Below are positions 61,005 through 64,000 of a DNA stretch of 64,000 nt, piece after piece (position 1 is the first letter of the stretch; every line of letters starts with the position of its first letter). Origin of the DNA: Pseudomonadota bacterium (lineage in GTDB: Bacteria > Pseudomonadota > Gammaproteobacteria > Burkholderiales > Methylophilaceae); NCBI GenBank assembly GCA_029569495.1, contig JAKQTB010000118.1, positions 3,628-67,627 of the forward strand, given 5' to 3'. The notes beneath the pieces are model-generated. The model had not been told where the DNA came from. It worked only from the letters and a program-made list of their open reading frames with translations, and did no database searches. A program made the position numbers and the translations under genes.

Positions 61005-61207
61005 ACCTTTGCACAACTCAAAATATGTTGAAATTTTATCTGAAAATTGTCTAGATCTGTCATTCCCGCGTAGGCGGGAATCTAGGCTTGGTAAATGGTT
61101 AAAGCATTTAATTACAATCAGTAATCTTGAAAATTAACTGGATTCCCGCCTACGCGGGAATGACGAGATTGTGATTTTTTCAGCTTAAATCTGCCTCGTG
61201 CAAAGGT
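61005..61207. repeat. nested inverted-repeat (MITE/NIME-like) element with two dRS3-type palindromes
   Basis: Outer IR acctttgcac (61005-61014) / gtgcaaaggt (61198-61207). Inner perfect 24-bp IR gtcattcccgcgtaggcgggaatc (61059-61082) / its reverse complement (61141-61164). Each inner arm contains ATTCCC-N8-GGGAAT. Confidence 0.75.
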
Positions 61208-61285
61208 TTCCTTTCAAGGATTTTTGCAACAAAATTCATGAGCAGCTACGTTAGATTTTCTTGAGTACACTTAAACTATTCTGCA

Positions 61286-61299
61286 TTGATATGTGTCAA
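61286..61299 (+). promoter_or_regulatory. FNR/FixK-type box TTGAT-ATGT-GTCAA upstream of ccoI
   Basis: Matches the TTGA-N6-TCAA core exactly. TATGCT at 61321-61326 would place the box centre about 41.5 bp upstream of a predicted start site. Confidence 0.5.
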
Positions 61300-61359
61300 T
61301 GTTGGGTAAAGCGCCTATGTTATGCTCACCAGCAAATTACTCAGTGGTAAAATATCGAC

Positions 61360-63690
61360 ATGTTAACGCCAGCACTACCTCAAGCCCAACCTTCATCCAC
61401 GTCGCTGGAGTCAGACCAGCGCGCATGGATTGCGCTGGATGACCCGGCTGAGTGGTCCGGTTTTAGTCAAGCCCTTGAAAACGAACAGCAAGACTGGGAA
61501 TCGCGCTTAGCCATTGAGGGCATGCATTGTGCGGCTTGTGCATTTAATGTTGAAAGAGCACTCAAGGCAGTGCAGGGCGTCAGCAGTGTTGAAGTGAATG
61601 CCACCAGTGGCCGCGCACGCATTGTGTGGTCGGCAGCGCTCACCAAACCTTCCGACTGGCTAAGTGCAGTCAGCAAAGCGGGCTATCGCGCTTTGCCTGC
61701 GGCTGATGCTTTTGCACAAGATACGCGCCGTAAAAATCAACGTTTAATGCTGTGGCGCTGGTTAGTGGCAGGTTTTTGTATGATGCAAGTCATGATGTAT
61801 GCCTACCCAGCCTATGTTGCCAATGCCGGCGAAATGACACCTGATATGTTAAATTTGTTGCGTTGGGCTTCTTGGGTACTGACGCTTCCGGTATTGCTGT
61901 TTTCTTCAGGGCCGTTTTTCAGTAACGCACTCAATGATTTAAAAATGCGGCAAATTAGCATGGATATGCCGGTGGCGTTGGGCATATTGATTACGTTTAT
62001 TGTGAGCACGGCAGCCACATTTGAGCCGAATGGTTGGTGGGGTGAAGAAGTGTATTTTGATTCGCTCACCATGTTTGTGTTTTTCTTGCTCACGGGTCGA
62101 TGGATAGAATTACGCATGCGTGATCGCACTGCGGGCGCGCTCGATGCACTCATGCTCAGGCTGCCTGCAAGTGTGGAGCGACAAAAAACCGATGGCAGTT
62201 TTGAGCGCGTGGCCGTACGTCAACTGGCGTTAGGCGATGTCGTGCGCGTGTTGCCCGGCGAAACATTTCCGGCAGATGGCACGATTACGCTTGGCATTAC
62301 CAGCGCGGATGAAGCTTTATTAACAGGGGAGTCGCGCGCGGTGCCTAAAGGGTTAGGCGCTGAGGTGATTGCGGGGAGTTATAACTTATCGGCTGCCGTG
62401 CAGGTGCGCATTGATAAGATTGGTCAAACCACACGCTATGCGCAGATTGTGGCGTTGATGGAACGTGTTTCTGCAGAAAAGCCTCGTTTAGCCATACTGG
62501 CGGACCGCATCGCCCGACCATTCCTGATTACCGTGCTGTTTGCCGCCGCCGCTTCGGCCGCTTTTTGGTGGCAAGAAGATCATGGCCGTGCGCTCATGGC
62601 CGCAGTGGCAGTGCTGATTGTCACTTGCCCATGCGCACTTTCTTTAGCAACACCTGCGGCGATGTTGACAGTTTCTGGTGCGCTTGCAAAAAGTGGTGTG
62701 CTGGTCAGAAAAATGCAGGCACTAGAAGCGCTGACGACTATTGATACAGTGGTATTTGATAAAACAGGCACGCTCACGCATGACCGCATGGAAATCGGTA
62801 AAATTTCTACAGCCCCGCATATCAGCCAGTCAGCAGCGCTGGCGGTTGCTTCCAAAATGGCGCAACATTCGTTGCATCCAGTGTCGCGCGCACTGGTGCA
62901 GGCAAGCCAAACCCAGTTAGCGGATGAGGCGCAAATTGCGGTGAGTAACGTACAAGAGATTTCAGGCTTTGGCTTGGTTGCAGATGCCAGTTTAGGTAAG
63001 CTTAAATTGGGTTCTGCAAAGTTTTGCGAAATCACAGACGAGGTATTGCAAAGTCTACAAAAGCCAGCTGAAAGCGAACAGAGCTCTGTGGTGTACTTGG
63101 TGGCTAACCAAGTTTGGCTGGCAACTTTTGAAGTGATAGAAGCCGTTAAAGAGGATGCCGCCAATGCAGTCAGTGCGTTGCAATCTTTGGGCTTAGGGGT
63201 TGAGGTGTTGTCTGGGGATAAATTACAGTCAGTCACACGTATTGCAAATTTGGTTGGAATTTCTCAGGTGAACGGCGGGTGTACACCACAAGAAAAACTG
63301 CAACGCCTGCAGTTTTTACAGCAGCAAGGTCATCAGGTTGCGATGGTGGGCGACGGCTTAAATGATGGACCGGTGCTGGCCGCAGCCCATGTGTCGATTG
63401 CGATGGGACAAGCGGTTCCATTAGCCCAATCGCAATCAGATTTTGTTATAATGAGCGGAGAATTAAATATGGTGCCGCATTTAATTCATCAGGCAAAGCG
63501 CACCATGCGTATTGTGAAGCAAAACTTAATATGGGCCGCTGTTTATAACGCAACCTGTGTTCCATTGGCGGTGGCGGGCATGTTGCCCGCATGGCTTGCT
63601 GGCTTAGGAATGGCCTTGAGTTCGTTACTGGTCGTACTTAATGCGGCACGGTTGGCGAATGCGACTAAACCCATAGTGCCAAATTTATAA
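61360..63690 (+). CDS. ccoI: copper-translocating P1B-type ATPase CcoI/FixI
   Basis: HMA domain GMHCAACA, CPC motif, DKTGTLT and GDGLNDGP. Followed by ccoS. Confidence 0.85.
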   Translation: MLTPALPQAQPSSTSLESDQRAWIALDDPAEWSGFSQALENEQQDWESRLAIEGMHCAACAFNVERALKAVQGVSSVEVNATSGRARIVWSAALTKPSDWLSAVSKAGYRALPAADAFAQDTRRKNQRLMLWRWLVAGFCMMQVMMYAYPAYVANAGEMTPDMLNLLRWASWVLTLPVLLFSSGPFFSNALNDLKMRQISMDMPVALGILITFIVSTAATFEPNGWWGEEVYFDSLTMFVFFLLTGRWIELRMRDRTAGALDALMLRLPASVERQKTDGSFERVAVRQLALGDVVRVLPGETFPADGTITLGITSADEALLTGESRAVPKGLGAEVIAGSYNLSAAVQVRIDKIGQTTRYAQIVALMERVSAEKPRLAILADRIARPFLITVLFAAAASAAFWWQEDHGRALMAAVAVLIVTCPCALSLATPAAMLTVSGALAKSGVLVRKMQALEALTTIDTVVFDKTGTLTHDRMEIGKISTAPHISQSAALAVASKMAQHSLHPVSRALVQASQTQLADEAQIAVSNVQEISGFGLVADASLGKLKLGSAKFCEITDEVLQSLQKPAESEQSSVVYLVANQVWLATFEVIEAVKEDAANAVSALQSLGLGVEVLSGDKLQSVTRIANLVGISQVNGGCTPQEKLQRLQFLQQQGHQVAMVGDGLNDGPVLAAAHVSIAMGQAVPLAQSQSDFVIMSGELNMVPHLIHQAKRTMRIVKQNLIWAAVYNATCVPLAVAGMLPAWLAGLGMALSSLLVVLNAARLANATKPIVPNL

Positions 63691-63704
63691 GGAATATCAA
63701 TATC

Positions 63705-63842
63705 ATGGACATTCTATTTTTGCTTATTCCGTTGTCGGTAGTATTGGTGTTTGCGGTATTGGGTGGACTTTGGTGGGCAATATACACAGGTCAGTTTGAA
63801 GAGGTTGAAGCGGAAGGCGAGCGCATTCTGCACGAAGATTGA
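63705..63842 (+). CDS. ccoS: cbb3 oxidase maturation protein CcoS/FixS
   Basis: 45-aa ORF below the track cutoff, translated by hand: MDILFLLIPLSVVLVFAVLGGLWWAIYTGQFEEVEAEGERILHED. Matches the CcoS pattern (TM helix plus SGQFDD-like motif). Confidence 0.75.
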   Translation: MDILFLLIPLSVVLVFAVLGGLWWAIYTGQFEEVEAEGERILHED

Positions 63843-63957
63843 TTTGAATCAAATGAATTTAAAGTCTTGTGCGGCAAAATGCCGCATGTGACTCATTAAA
63901 GATGTAAAATGTTAACTGGTACAAAAGTAGTGAAAAGCACAAAAACGGGAGAATTAA

Positions 63958-64000
63958 ATGCAAGACTTAAATTTACAATCAAATGCGTATAGCGATGGGG
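63958..64000 (+). CDS. 5' fragment of an unidentified CDS (MQDLNLQSNAYSDG...)
   Basis: GGGAGA RBS 8 nt upstream. Truncated by the window end. Confidence 0.3.
   Translation, partial: MQDLNLQSNAYSDG

Overview
This is a 64-kb chromosomal window from a Gram-negative proteobacterium. Gene order looks betaproteobacterial. A moderately AT-rich Nitrosomonadales/Methylophilaceae-like or Neisseria-related lineage is only a guess, since no search was possible. All product calls come from reading motifs in the supplied ORF translations.

Positions 1-31 kb are housekeeping:
- yebC
- a split ruv set: ruvC, a prenyltransferase and ruvA, then three inserted genes, then ruvB
- a complete ybgC-tolQRAB-pal-cpoB cluster
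- queE-queC
- rpsP-rimM-trmD-rplS
- ogt, xerD, folB, plsY, tsaD
- rpsU-DUF3144-yqeY-dnaG-rpoD followed by a tRNA(CAU)
- genes for an AsmA-like protein, an AI-2E transporter and nnrD

Positions 32-57 kb form a compact stress locus around a FixL/FixJ-type two-component system. It contains:
- a beta-CASP MBL hydrolase with a Cys-rich membrane partner
- an L,D-transpeptidase with a DUF882 peptidase
- a DksA/TraR-like protein and a zinc-ribbon protein
- a CBS-ackA-phosphoketolase-USP-nitroreductase operon
- cytochrome b561, nhaA and a tandem USP
- a P-type ATPase with an altered TM4 motif and a CaCA exchanger
- DUF2934, a small PAS protein, yqjD/E/K-like genes, two phosphoribosyltransferases and cbpA-cbpM

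This gene content resembles known hypoxia/dormancy regulons. It is my best candidate for an incompletely described system.

Positions 57-64 kb carry a cytochrome b-SHP-DHC operon with an OmpR-type two-component system, then ccoI and an unlisted 45-aa ccoS.

The strongest signals not explained by genes are:
- a 64-bp hairpin repeat family with 10 copies, which fills nearly every long intergenic gap; the hairpin is flipped relative to its flanks in 3 copies
- a nested inverted-repeat element carrying Neisseria dRS3-type ATTCCC-N8-GGGAAT palindromes upstream of ccoI

I found no CRISPR array, transposase, prophage or recognisable defence system.
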